From Epiperipatus broadwayi (taxonomy: Eukaryota; Animalia; Onychophora): 64,000 nucleotides of DNA. Numbering within the stretch: position 1 is the first letter of the stretch; the number at the start of each line of letters is the position of its first letter. Location: assembly GCA_028023455.1 (NCBI GenBank), contig JAQFVV010000005.1:22444001-22508000 (forward strand), written 5' to 3'. The notes under the pieces are model-generated. The model saw nothing but the letters and a program-made list of their open reading frames with translations. It ran no database searches and was not told where the DNA came from. Shown here one piece after another: positions 38,877 to 50,589 of the stretch. A program made the translations under genes and the position numbers.

Positions 38877-40277
38877 ATATATCAAGTAACTATTTAAATA
38901 AATAATTAGATAGACAAAACAATAAGTTTGGGTAATCTGTTTATATTGTAGTATATGTGACTATGAGTGACAAAAATCCATAGAATATTATATAAGTTTT
39001 CTTAATTGTTTTTCATTAAAAAATGCTAAATCTAGCAATTATACATTAACTTTTTTTCATAAAAGTGATAACTAACAGGTCTTTGAATAACTGACGCCTG
39101 AAAGAATTCTGGTTACTGATAACATTTTTCTCACCTCTGTCATGTCTTTGTTACATGATTAAATGTTGCTGGATGCAAACTTTGAATTAAATCTACACAC
39201 TATTAAGATGTTAAGCCTTTTTGTCCTCAGTATGGCATGGCAGTAATTCAAAGATATTAGTAATAAGCATTTATCCTTCATGTTCAATTTTTTTAAATTA
39301 TCTGTAAACTATATCACTCCAATTTTTCATAATCATTTTTTCTTATAAACAAAAAATCTATTCATAGTCAAATTAAAAAAGAATATGTAAAAAATGTCAT
39401 TTGAAATACCTCTAAAATTTCTTTCTCAAATTAAATGAAAGTGTTTGCTTGAAAAATATAATGCTATTTGAGCATGAGTAAAAACTTATTGAACCGATTG
39501 AATGTAATTTGAAATGCAGTCTGCAAACTGTTAGCTGAATAACCCTAAAATATTGCATTATTACATAACATAGTTATCAAAATCAAACGTGTACAAAACT
39601 TTAAAAAAATCCATTCAATAGAAGTAGAAAAATTGCTTACAAGATTTGAGTGAAACAAATAAAGAGAACTCTTAAATTAAATAAAAGCATTTAAATAAAA
39701 TGGAGATTAGAATCAGAATTTCTTTTTTTTTTTTTTTTATGCCGATGCAATCCTATTATCACATTTAATGCAGAAAGATAGAAAAGACTTGATGAAGGTG
39801 TGACTGTGTACAGCCTACATTACTAAGATAATAATATCAAGGAAAACGACTGTAAAAACTTCCACGTTAGCTTCGCAATATACCAGGAGCATTGTCTTAG
39901 TGGCTACACTGCTTATGATTAATAAGCAGGTTAAAAATAAAATTGATAGAGATCATATAGTACAATCCATCTTTTTAGCAAATAATAAAAAAGTTTGAAA
40001 ATACAAGGAAGTTGGGTAATGATTTTGGTAAATGAAAATAAGCTTCGTTTATTTAGACTGTGATTAGTAAAGTCCAAACAATTTATATTTTTATTTATTA
40101 ATAAATATAATTTTTTTGTATATTTTAATTGACAAATTTATGATAACTATTTGTTCTCTTTTAATGTATCATTTATACACCCATGCATCACACAGGCACA
40201 TTAATATATTTTATTAATAATTATCATAATTTGTATGTTAATCTTTATTAATATATTTTTAATGCTTTGTTTTAAAG

Positions 40278-40487
40278 TTCAATTGCCCCCCTATGGGACA
40301 CCTACAACTCCCCCTACAACTCCTCGCACACCTTACATTACACCAACTCCTCCCTCATATGAAGAATGTGATAAGCGAGATCGCATGGCTTGTGGTCCTA
40401 ATACTGTCTGCTACAAAGAATATGCTCACATTATATGTGAATGTCCTCCTGGATTTTCTGGAAACCCACCAGATGAGCCATGCACAA
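40278..40487 (+). CDS. E14: Pro/Thr linker plus EGF module QLPPYGTPTTPPTTPRTPYITPTPPSYEECDKRDRMACGPNTVCYKEYAHIICECPPGFSGNPPDEPCT
   Basis: ttttaaag (AAG-type) acceptor, gtaagt donor, 210 nt, phase 1-1; inside ORF 40235-40510. Confidence 0.9.
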
Positions 40488-41600
40488 GTAAGTGTCTCGA
40501 TTTAATTTGAAATATTTGTTGCAATTAATTTCTGCGTCATTTCTTTTCTAATCGTTAATTTTAAACTATATACGTTTTTGAAAGAATTATCTATTTTTGA
40601 ATGAATGCACAAAAATAACATTATTATTATTATTGCTTTAACTATTATTATTATTTATTTAGCATTTAATATTTTTATCTTTTTATTTTTATGGGCAATT
40701 TAACTATTAACAAAATTTCCTTAAAAAATATCAGTAGAGATCCCACATTGGAATGAATGGCTTATGACATTGTGAATGGAAGAGATTCTTTTGTAGTTAT
40801 CATGAGTTTGTTAAACTTATCATAGCTAAAAAGGGTTGGTGGGATTCTATTAATATTCCTCCTGTGTACTGATACCCTGAATACTGCAGCTGTGATAAAG
40901 ATGAACAGAAGAGGCAGGAATAAATTACTACACAAAAATTTTATTAACAACAATCTGATGCTTGTTAAGCCACGAGATATAATGTATAAAGTAAATCTAA
41001 AGTAATACATATAAACATTTCATAGAGGCTTTAAAAATAATAATAAGGCTGAGGTGACCTGTAAAGGTTCCCTGGACTACTTTGGCAGCTTTAGTGGTGA
41101 AAATTCACTGAATCTGTTATCCTCTTGTACACTCAAAATGTTGAGCTTGCAAATTGTTTTCATCTTGCTACAACTTCTGTATTATAAGTATATGCACGTT
41201 TGTGTTATTTCCTTGTAAATTATGCCATTATTCTGTTCCAGATCTTTCCTAGATAACAACGCTCTAATTTTTTAATTACTTTTGCATACCAAGAAACTTC
41301 TAGAATCTGATTACTAATCTAATTAATAATAATAGTATTTCTATTTCTGGAACAGGAACAATTCTTTAATTCTAATCACCATACTGGATCTCTGAAAATT
41401 ATCTAATTCTTTAATTATTAATTGAAAATAAAATATCTTTTACTAACAAAAATATCTAAGCACAAACTTATCTTCTTTGTAATATTTTATTAATTAAGAA
41501 ATATTTAACTTGCAATTAACGTTATTTAATTTGATAAATATAATTTGTCCACATTTCAAACACTTTTTAGCAAAACTCTTTATTTGTACATACACAGACA

Positions 41601-42311
41601 CCTACGTTTCGACTGACCTGCAGTCTTCTTCAGAGACAATTTATTACATATACCTACGTTTCGACTGACCTGCAGTCTTCTTCAGAGACAATTTATTACA
41701 TATACCTACGTTTCGACTGACCTGCAGTCTTCTTCAGAGACAATTTATTACATATACCTACGTTTTGACTGACCTGCAGTCTTCTTCAGAGACAATTTAT
41801 TACATATACCTACGTTTCGACTGACCTGCAGTCTTCTTCAGAGACAATTTATTACATATACCTACGTTTCGACTGACCTGCAGTCTTCTTCAAAGACAAT
41901 TTATTACATATACCTATGTTTCGACTGACCTGCAGTCTTCTTCAGAGACAATTTATTACATATACCTACGTTTCGACTGACCTGCAGTCTTCTTCAGAGA
42001 CAATTTATTACATATACCTACGTTTCGACTGACCTGCAGTCTTCTTCAGAGACAATTTATTACATATACCTACGTTTCGACTGACCTGCAGTCTTCTTCA
42101 GAGACAATTTATTACATATACCTACATTTCGACTGACCTGCAGTCTTCTTCAGAGACAATTTATTACATATACCTACGTTTCGACTGACCTGCAGTCTTC
42201 TTCAGAGACAATTTATTACATACACCTACATTTTGACTGACCTGCAGTCTTCTTCAGAGACAATTTATTACATATACCTACGTTTCAACTGACCTGCAGT
42301 CTTCTTCAGAG
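41601..42311 (-). repeat. Tandem array of 13 full plus 1 partial 52-bp units, each a minimal hammerhead motif on the minus strand
   Basis: Plus-strand unit cctacgtttcgactgacctgcagtcttcttcagagacaatttattacatata, starts at 41601 plus 52n; reverse complement contains CUGAAGA-A-GACUG-CAGGU-CAGUC-GAAAC-GUA; 8 of 14 cores unmutated. Confidence 0.9.
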
Positions 42312-42350
42312 CAAGTCTATTTTGATCTTCCAAAAAAAAAAAAAAGACTT

Positions 42351-42387
42351 GCTCTGAAGAAGACTGCAGGTCAGTCGAAATGTAGGT
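42351..42387 (+). ncRNA. Family B hammerhead, sense copy with C15.2 to U
   Basis: GCU-CUGAAGA-A-GACUG-CAGGU-CAGUC-GAAAU-GUA-GGU. Confidence 0.55.
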
Positions 42388-43984
42388 GTCTGTGTATGTA
42401 CAAATAAAGAGTTTTGCTAAAAAGTATTTGAAGTTTGGACAAATTATATTTATAGGATATTACGGCAAACATAAAGAAAAGGGTGATTTTGGTTATTTAA
42501 TTTGATTATAATATTGTATAACTCACAATATTATTTATTTTATTCCAAACAGCACAACTTCCTCCACTTCAGAAATTTGTGTTTCTGAAATCTAATATAG
42601 CCTTTTAAATAGTCCAGCTCTTTCCTATTTCTTTGCAAAGCATGTAAGTGTAAATTATTTCTATTCATGCTATTTTTGTCTTTGTTGTGTTCTTCATATC
42701 TTTCCGTTATTTCATATTTGTGGAAGTTGATTGGTCTTAGTGGTAGGTTGGTTAATTTCTATCTTAAATCACCATATGGATGATGTATTTTCAAATAATT
42801 TTTCCAGTTTGTTGTGTATTCGAATGCAGGCACTCAGAATACCAACAAATAAATCAATAAATGAAATTTAAATATGGACTGGAATAATGATGAAATATTA
42901 TTAATAGCAAAAAGTTATTGATATATGATATATATAATTCACTTATTGTTCAATCCCACGACGCATGTAACAACTAACTGTTTTTTGGATGATTTCCATT
43001 GGCCTCAGTTTCTAAAACATTTGGCTTGACTTCTCAAACTAATGCAGTTTCTTGGCTTAATTTAGCTGATGCTCACAATCACGATGGCTCCATGCTAGAA
43101 CACTGTCCCATCACTTAAGTTTCTTTCAGCTACCTGTTCATTGAAATCTTTCACCAACAGTTCACTTAAATTCACTGGAAATAGAAAAACAATGCACTTT
43201 GCTGCAAATGCTATTTATTCACGCGGTTGACCTCGACAATCCAGGATTTATGCTTTATTGTTATCAGTCTTCTTTTTCTGTTGGTGTTTTTAATTAGTTG
43301 GTTCCACTTTTATTGTATCAAGAAATATTTGTAATTAGCAAATATTTCTTGGCATTTACCAAATGCAGTTTTCATATCATATATTATGTAAACATTTTCT
43401 ATTGTTAAATCCTATGCGAAATTAATCATTAATTAAATCTTTTTTACTTTCTATCTAATTTAATAATACCATGTTCACTTTTCTTAAATTACTTCAACTA
43501 AACGTTCATTAATTTTACTCTTATAAAGTTAGTGATCTAAAAAATATATTTTTCTAATATATTTTTCTTACTTTTTCTGGAGTCCAAAAAGACATAATTT
43601 ATAATTATTGCATTGCAATGTACGTATTTTTACAAACACAACAAATGATTACAATCTGCCTGGAGATCTGTTCTTTAATTACACCTTTCACCCAGTAATC
43701 TTTGATGACATCGTTAATTCATACATTTTCTCCCACAGGATAGTGATTTTCTGCAACATAGGTTATCTGTAAATCAAAATTTTCTCCTGAGAAAATTAGC
43801 ATAAACTTTGTGTAAATTTTTTCCCAAAATATCATCTCAGGTAGGAATTTACTAGTACTAGTTGAAGGCATACTATGCTACCATAGAAAGGCTGTATATA
43901 ACATTTCTTGAATATTTGAAGTCCCTTTCTTTTATAATATGTTTTAAATAATATTTTAATTTGAAAAATGCAAATAGTTGAAAC

Positions 43985-44247
43985 TGAAATAAATTGAGAT
44001 ACTGCCAAATCTCTTTGCACTCATTATAATACTTATCTCACAGCCAATCAGATGTCACGATAACTGTCCAAATGACAACCAAACCTTAAACACATAACAG
44101 ATTTTACAGCCGCCCTTTTCTCGTAAAATCTTTGTCGTGTGTTTAAGGTTTGGTTGTCATTCGGACAGCTATCATAAAATCTGATTGGCTGTCAGTTAAG
44201 TATTATAACTAGTGCAAAGAGATTTGGCAGTATCTCAATTTATTTCA
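43985..44247. mobile_element. MITE-like foldback, about 120-bp arms
   Basis: tgaaataaattgagatactgccaaatctctttgcac.. and its reverse complement at the right end. Confidence 0.75.
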
Positions 44248-44269
44248 ATATCTGTTTTAATGTTTGCAG

Positions 44270-45060
44270 CATCTTTTCTTCAATGCCATTCGATTTTGGA
44301 TAGCATTGGGTGTGTGGAGATATGTCTATTTCCCATTCTTTAAGAAAGTCCTCAAATCTGTTGAAAATTAAACTAGTGCCACTATCTGTTATCAACATTG
44401 TGGGTAAAACATGTTTTACAATTATTTTATCTTAACTGATATTTTTCACAATCCTATATTCAGTTCATTTTGAGTATGCATCAATGACTATTAGGAAAAT
44501 ATAATCATGAAAAGATACAGCATGGTCAACATGAACATGAATCCAAGATTTTGTGACTCTGGTACATTTACAGTTGCTTGACATTTATTGCAAATTTTAT
44601 TGAATTTTTCAGTTTATCTATTGATATCAGGCCACCATATGTAACTACAGGTAAGCACTTTAGCTTGCCCCACACCAGGATGACCTTGGTGAAGAACTGT
44701 AATAGTTATTGATGATAACTACTATGAATTATCCCTTTGTCATCCATTATAATATATTCTTTATTTATAATAATTTTTTCTCTAACATTTTATATAGATT
44801 TGTCAATTAGTTTGGGCTAATGACTAAGCTAACTTCTGCTGATCTATTTGACTAACAATTGATATCCTTTATTAGCCTTCATCCAACTCACTACCTTTTT
44901 ACCATCTACCACTTTAATATTCTATCCTTCTATATAGTTAACTGTTGATTCAGTTACATCCAGTTCAGACTTAATCAGTATCATCTAGAATGCATCAACA
45001 TGTTGAATTACATTCCTGCTTTTAAAATTAATTTCAAGATCATATCCTGTCTATACGTTC
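44270..45060 (-). mobile_element. Gypsy (K02A2.6-like) RNase H end / integrase remnant
   Basis: Frameshifted HVDAF, ICNKCQ, WIHVHVDHA..FLIVIDAYSK*TE, LITDSGT..FEDFLK..G.RH, YPKSNGIEEKM (DDE core). Confidence 0.8.
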
Positions 45061-46765
45061 ATTATCTGGGTATTTTTAGCTTTGTATTTTTGATTATTTT
45101 TTTTGGAAAAGATGGGTGTGCCTTCACGATATTTTTTCCTCTTAAATCAACATATCATTCTAAATGACCCCTGAATCCACGGACTCTACAACGTTTCTTA
45201 TTCCATTTACATCAGCCCACCATTTGGCCTTTCTTTTCATAATGGTAACAAATCATTTCTTTGGAATTACTGTCTATAGACTGTTTTTTTACTCTCAGTC
45301 TTGTTTATGCATACACTATTTTCATTACTACTACCAAAATTTCTTCATTTGATCCAATACAATTTCATGGGTTAATTCCCTTTTGACTGCTTTATTATAA
45401 GTTAAATCATTCCACTGAGGCCAACAATTTCTGATTGAGCCTATCATTGAACATCTGCTAAAGTAGTTGTTCGAGCAGAGTGTCCATGAGAAAATCTCAT
45501 ATTTACAATCAATATTTGCCATCTATTTCTAAAATGTAGCCATGCTACAGATTTTGAAGGCCGTGGACTAAATTATTATTTAACTTCTCCTCTACTGTTT
45601 ATATAATAATTTCTCTGTCTTCATGATTGTCTAGATGATTTGCAATTTCAAGTACATTCTGCCCAACAATAACATAGCAAAAGGGCAACTTTAATGAGGT
45701 CATTAGAAGTTCCATTTATAAATAAAAAAAAGTTGTTCTATCCTCTTTAAATAACTTGTTCAATCAAATGAACTAGTTACATTAAACTTATTTATTGACA
45801 CTTGCCATACAGACATCATTTTATTACTCTAAACTCAAATATAGCAATTGAATAATTTTATTTTTATTTTTTCCAATTTACTTTAGATTTGTTTCACTAA
45901 CTAACTCCCACTTAAGCTGTCTAACTACATCAGTTTTTAATTACAGGGGCGAAAGCTATTATCTGATGATTATCAAGTCAACAAGACAATAATGTATAAA
46001 TCTAAAATAAAACATATATGTCATATATCAAATTAATAATAATAATTGGTGTTAGTAAGATATTAGTAGTTCAACTTGTTGGTTTTCTAGTTGGATCACT
46101 TTGATCTCCTTGAAGTTCATTATCTCCTACAAGATTAACATTTATAAAGTCTCTTTAATTCTATAACTTTATTTCCTATAAGCACCTTACTGCTCACATA
46201 TACTATATCAGACCGTAGTCCAAATAAATTGTTGACGAGAGCTCTTCTTCATTTATTTCCAGAACAACTTCATTTTTCTAATTTAACTTTCCACTAGTTT
46301 ATTTTTGTTTTTCTTCCTCCATTGCTTTACTTTTCACTTGACAACTCTGCACATCTGCTACACTGACAATATTTCACATTTCCTCTTTTGCTCCATCACT
46401 GACCACTGCTTAATTTGTCTGCAGACTTTTTTATCAGTTTGATTAATTTGCATAAAGTAACTTTTCGTAATATGAAAATTAGCCTGTTGCTATTTTCAGT
46501 AAATTTATTTCCTTTCTGAATAATGAATTATTTGTTTCTTTTTTGGAGTATTTTATCATATTTTTATTAACAGCTTGCATACACAACTTTATTTATCTCT
46601 TAGTAAATAAAATATATATATATGTGTGTATACACTGCATGCATATATATATATATATAAACTTAAGAGTATGCTAATGCTCTAAACAAGCTTTTTTTTT
46701 TTTATTATGATAAATGCTACTACAAGAGAAGGCATTCAAATCATCTTTATCTTAGATTGTCACCA

Positions 46766-46806
46766 TCCCCAAACCGGTTTCGACCTATGGGTCTCTTCAG
46801 TGAGGA
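46766..46806 (-). ncRNA. Canonical minimal type I hammerhead (GUU site)
   Basis: UCCUCA-CUGAAGA-GACC-CAUA-GGUC-GAAAC-CG-GUU-UGGGGA; 6-bp helix I, 4-bp helix II, palindromic ACCGGU helix III. Confidence 0.8.
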
Positions 46807-47301
46807 GTTGGGACATTAGATTCAAAAAACCAACTCAAGCTAAGCATTTATCTAAAAGATAATTCTCAAGAAGAAGATCTAAACCGTTAGACATCTGCAT
46901 GTCTTTAAAGTCAGCTCTCCAATTGAAAAAATTATATGGGCCTGAACTTAATTCAGATACTCCATATATTAATAGGCTTAGCCATTTAATTTAGCCAAAG
47001 GCCCAACAGCAAAATAATAATAGTAATAATAAAAAGTCAGATGTCGCATGACTTATATATAGCTTGCAATTACCAATATGTAAACTTAAGAGCATGCTAA
47101 CGCTCTAAACAAGCTTTTTTTTTATTATGATAAATTCTACTACAAGAGTATCTGAATTAAGTTCAGGCCCATATAATTTTTTCAGTTGGAGAGCTGACTT
47201 TAAAGACATGCAGATGTCTAAAGGTTTAGATCTTCTTCTTGAGAATTATCTTTTAGATAAATGCTTAGCTTGAGTTGGTTTTTTGAATCTAATGTCCCAA
47301 C

Positions 47302-47342
47302 TCTTCACTGAGGAGACCCATAGGTCGAAACCGGTCTGGGGA
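47302..47342 (+). ncRNA. Canonical minimal type I hammerhead (GUC site, predicted cut after 47336), sense to host pre-mRNA
   Basis: UCUUCA-CUGAGGA-GACC-CAUA-GGUC-GAAAC-CG-GUC-UGGGGA; all core positions match the consensus. Confidence 0.82.
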
Positions 47343-48435
47343 TGAGGACAATTGAAGATAAAGATGATTTGAATGCCTTCTCTTGTAGTAGCATTTATCA
47401 TAATAAAAAAAAAAAGCTTGTTTAGAGCGTTAGCATGCTCTTAAGTTTACATATTGGTAAATGCAAGCTATATATAAATCATGTGACATCTGACATTTTA
47501 TTATATATGTGTGTGTGTGTGTGTTTAAGATAATAGTCTTATTATTTTCCATGATTTCAAGTTTAAGCTAATAGCTGCGCATGCAAGGGGATCTACTGTA
47601 CAATAAATATATTAGATGTGTGTTTAATTATTGCAAAAAAAAATCCATTTAATAAATATATGTGATAATGCATTTCACACCTAAAGTAATCAACTTTATA
47701 TAAGTTTTGCATCAGTTTGGAATTAATGATGGTTATAGGTGTAGTTCAGTCAATGGAGAGGATTCTTTCAAACCATATTTTTAAACTTATTTTTCAGTAA
47801 TTAGCTATTATAATAATATCTAAAATTTACTTCCTTATTCGAGTGTGTGTGTGTCACTTCTCTTACATATTATAACTATATAATTACATATCACTTTTTA
47901 TATATGTTTACAATCTGATAATTAAACTTCAGATATTAAAGTAAATAATATTATTATCGTTAAATTTAATATTATTTTTGTGTAGCATTCCTTTTTTGTA
48001 AACATTTTAAAAAATTAACCAGTAAAATGTTTTAATTATTCTAGATAACCTTATTCTGGCTATAGGCAAAAAATATTTTACTTTTTCTGGATCTTACCCA
48101 TATGCTGCAAGAAACAGACCATGAAAATGACGAAATTTGACCAAATCAAAAAGTTTATTGGTGAAATGTCTCAAATTACTGTAATGTCAAAAAATATAAT
48201 AAGTAATTATAAATAATATATAAGTAGTTCTAGCTACAAAAATATGTAATAAGAAAGATTGAGAAGAATTTCTTGATCTTTAGGAAATCAATTCTGTGAA
48301 GCAGTATATTGAAATCTTTTGGTATAATTGGCTCTCCTGAGCTTTTTAGAGGCATTCTCAATTCATTTTTTGTTTGGTTTCTCATAATTTCAAGAGTAGT
48401 GATTAAGCCCTATAAGAGGTGATTAGTATTTTACA

Positions 48436-48621
48436 TTAAACATCACATGATCACCATCTCATGCTAGCACATAACTGTTAGTAAACAGGCAAAAACTCTC
48501 CATATAGTAGTGCCACCTTGTGCTATCCAGAATAATCAATGGATGCCAGTTCTGACATCCATTGATTGCTCTGGTTAGCACAAGGTGTCACTACTATATG
48601 GAAAGTTTTTGCCTGTTTAGT
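48436..48621. repeat. Family A foldback copy
   Basis: Arms about 48478-48548 / 48556-48621. Confidence 0.8.
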
Positions 48622-49224
48622 ATTTTACATCTGAATAAAGCAGTGTACAGCTGCTTATGGACATCATTTTCTTAACTCAGAATTCCTCATTTCATTTTTG
48701 GCCATTCTGTAATGTGTTTCTTCCTCTTATCATCTTTTCTATTAATTGTCATAATTATCCTCATTTTTACATTAAAGATTAGGTTTTTAATACATTCCTT
48801 AGCAAGAGAAACCTGAACTTGATCTGCAATTAGTTCGAGACTTTTTTTTTTTTTAATATTTACTGGAGCTGTGCTTATCATCTCGACTCATTGATTGCTG
48901 AGCTTTTAGTTTCTGACTTTTATTGCCATCTTTTGGCTATATTTAAAAATAATATTTTTTTTTGTAAAATACTCAGATTATATAGACTTGAAGCAGAACA
49001 TATTTGAGTCACTGAAAAATCTAATGCTAATCGCATTTCTAGTTCGGAATAATTAGCTAATTCGTAATTTGATGAAATTCTTTTTTAGACAAAGATTTGG
49101 TCATGATAAAATGAAAGAATTGTACTTTTCTCTAATATTAGCTTTTGTACAAGCAAACAGATGTGATCTGATGTTGATGTGATGCATTGTGACTTCTCCT
49201 TAAACGGAATCAGGAATCTCTCAG

Positions 49225-49395
49225 CAATTATGCCCAGAGAAACCTGTTAGCCACTTTGAACCCCTTTCCATTCTCCACCTCAAGTTTTCCCATATTTTTT
49301 CCTACCCTGCTCCATCCCATTTCCACAACATAATCTTTGTCAACTCCATGGCCTTTAGATCTAAAACCCCCTTATCTTTTCCAAAACCCAGCATA
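49225..49395 (-). mobile_element. LINE 3' terminal fragment
   Basis: Matches 1050-1220 and the reverse complement of 53920-54100. Confidence 0.7.
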
Positions 49396-50472
49396 AAATG
49401 TAGCTGTTAGAATTGTACCGCCCGCTCGTGATTAAATAGGAAACTAATATTAGTGACTTTGGTATAATAATTGAACTTTGACTATACAGTTTACCATTGT
49501 CACTCCAATAATGTAGCTTTTTCTATATGCATATGTTGTTTAGCATCTGCCTAGGGGTCAGACATTACGATTAAGCTCAGATTTAATTATGGCCCTGTAT
49601 AAGTTGCTTCAGTGGAGATCTTTTGGATTTCAATTAAATTATTCATAACCTCAAGTACTCTGCTCAGTAATCATTTCATTTTTTTTCATCTTAAATCATA
49701 TATAATTTTGCAATGAATCTGTAATGTGTATGTGGCGCAAAAGAAAGATTTTTAATAAATGTGTTTCACCAATACTTATATATTGATTTGATACTTGAAC
49801 GACTTAACAAAAGAGCAGAAAACACATTACACTGTGTAGAAAGAGATGCATATTCTTCTTTTCTCATTATTTTTATGCCATCTAGTGTAAATTTTAAATA
49901 ATTAATAAATGCCAGAGGGTAGTGCTTAATAAATCCTTATCCAGTGCTGTCTTATTCAAATATCTTCAGATTAATTTTTAGCTTCTCGCATAAAAGTAGT
50001 AAGAATAAAAGGTTATGCTAATGAATAACAACATGCAAACTAAGGTCATGTGATATTTTGTTGATCATGTGATGTCTTATTGGTTTTGTAGAAAAATATT
50101 TATGCTAAAATTAATCAAAGAAAGATTGAAATCAAAATACATGATTGAAAGAATCAACAGGTATGTTGAAATTGTAACTGAGATAAAAATATTTTTAGAA
50201 GAGATGATAAGAAAGGAATGATTGCTTTCTAAAATTGGATTCTGAGAATTGTTGAAATGATCATCATAGTTTCAAAAGTAATATTTAATAAATAAAAAAA
50301 ATTGGATAAATTTTGGAATTGTGTATTCATTTTATTTAGCAGTGACACCATGTGGTATAAAATAGAAACTGATGCAAATGCAACAGAACATCAAGAAAAA
50401 ATGTTTATAGTTGATGAAATGCAGATAATATTAATTTAGTATAAATGAATTTATTATTTCTTTTTGTTTCAG

Positions 50473-50589
50473 GAACGAATACTTGCCCAAAGGTCAAATG
50501 CCCTGGGGTATCAGTTTGTCAAAATGCAGTTTGCGTCTGCCCACCTGGGTATAGTGGTGATCCGTATTCTAAAGGAGGTTGCCAAAAAA
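50473..50589 (+). CDS. E15, last exon seen: EGF module TNTCPKVKCPGVSVCQNAVCVCPPGYSGDPYSKGGCQK
   Basis: tttcag acceptor, gtgagt donor, 117 nt, phase 1-1, six Cys; the next exon was not found in the window. Confidence 0.92.

Larger units (their letters stand above)
41534..42453. mobile_element. Family B foldback element whose left arm is expanded by the 52-bp array
   Basis: 41534-41634 and 42277-42316 are the reverse complement of 42346-42453; short spacer with an A run. Confidence 0.85.
46658..47495. mobile_element. Family D element with Penelope pLTR-like inverted plus partial-tandem structure
   Basis: 305-bp inverted arms 46658-46962 / 47146-47449, extra inverted partial copy 47036-47148, hammerhead in each long arm, AATAAA plus A run downstream of the ribozyme, TA/TG microsatellite flanks. 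Confidence 0.8.

Noticed and set aside
41601-42311. CRISPR-like regular array
   Set aside because: The inter-repeat segments are identical rather than unique spacers, there are no cas genes and the context is a eukaryotic intron; it is a tandem repeat
42641-42643. Possible 3-nt microexon (ctttgcaaag|CAT|gtaagt)
   Set aside because: Splice-like motifs of this length are expected by chance and there is no independent support
7804-50589. Naming the gene dumpy, fibrillin or Notch
   Set aside because: No DPY, TB/8-Cys, cbEGF consensus or LNR modules are visible, so only the EGF subtype resembles dumpy
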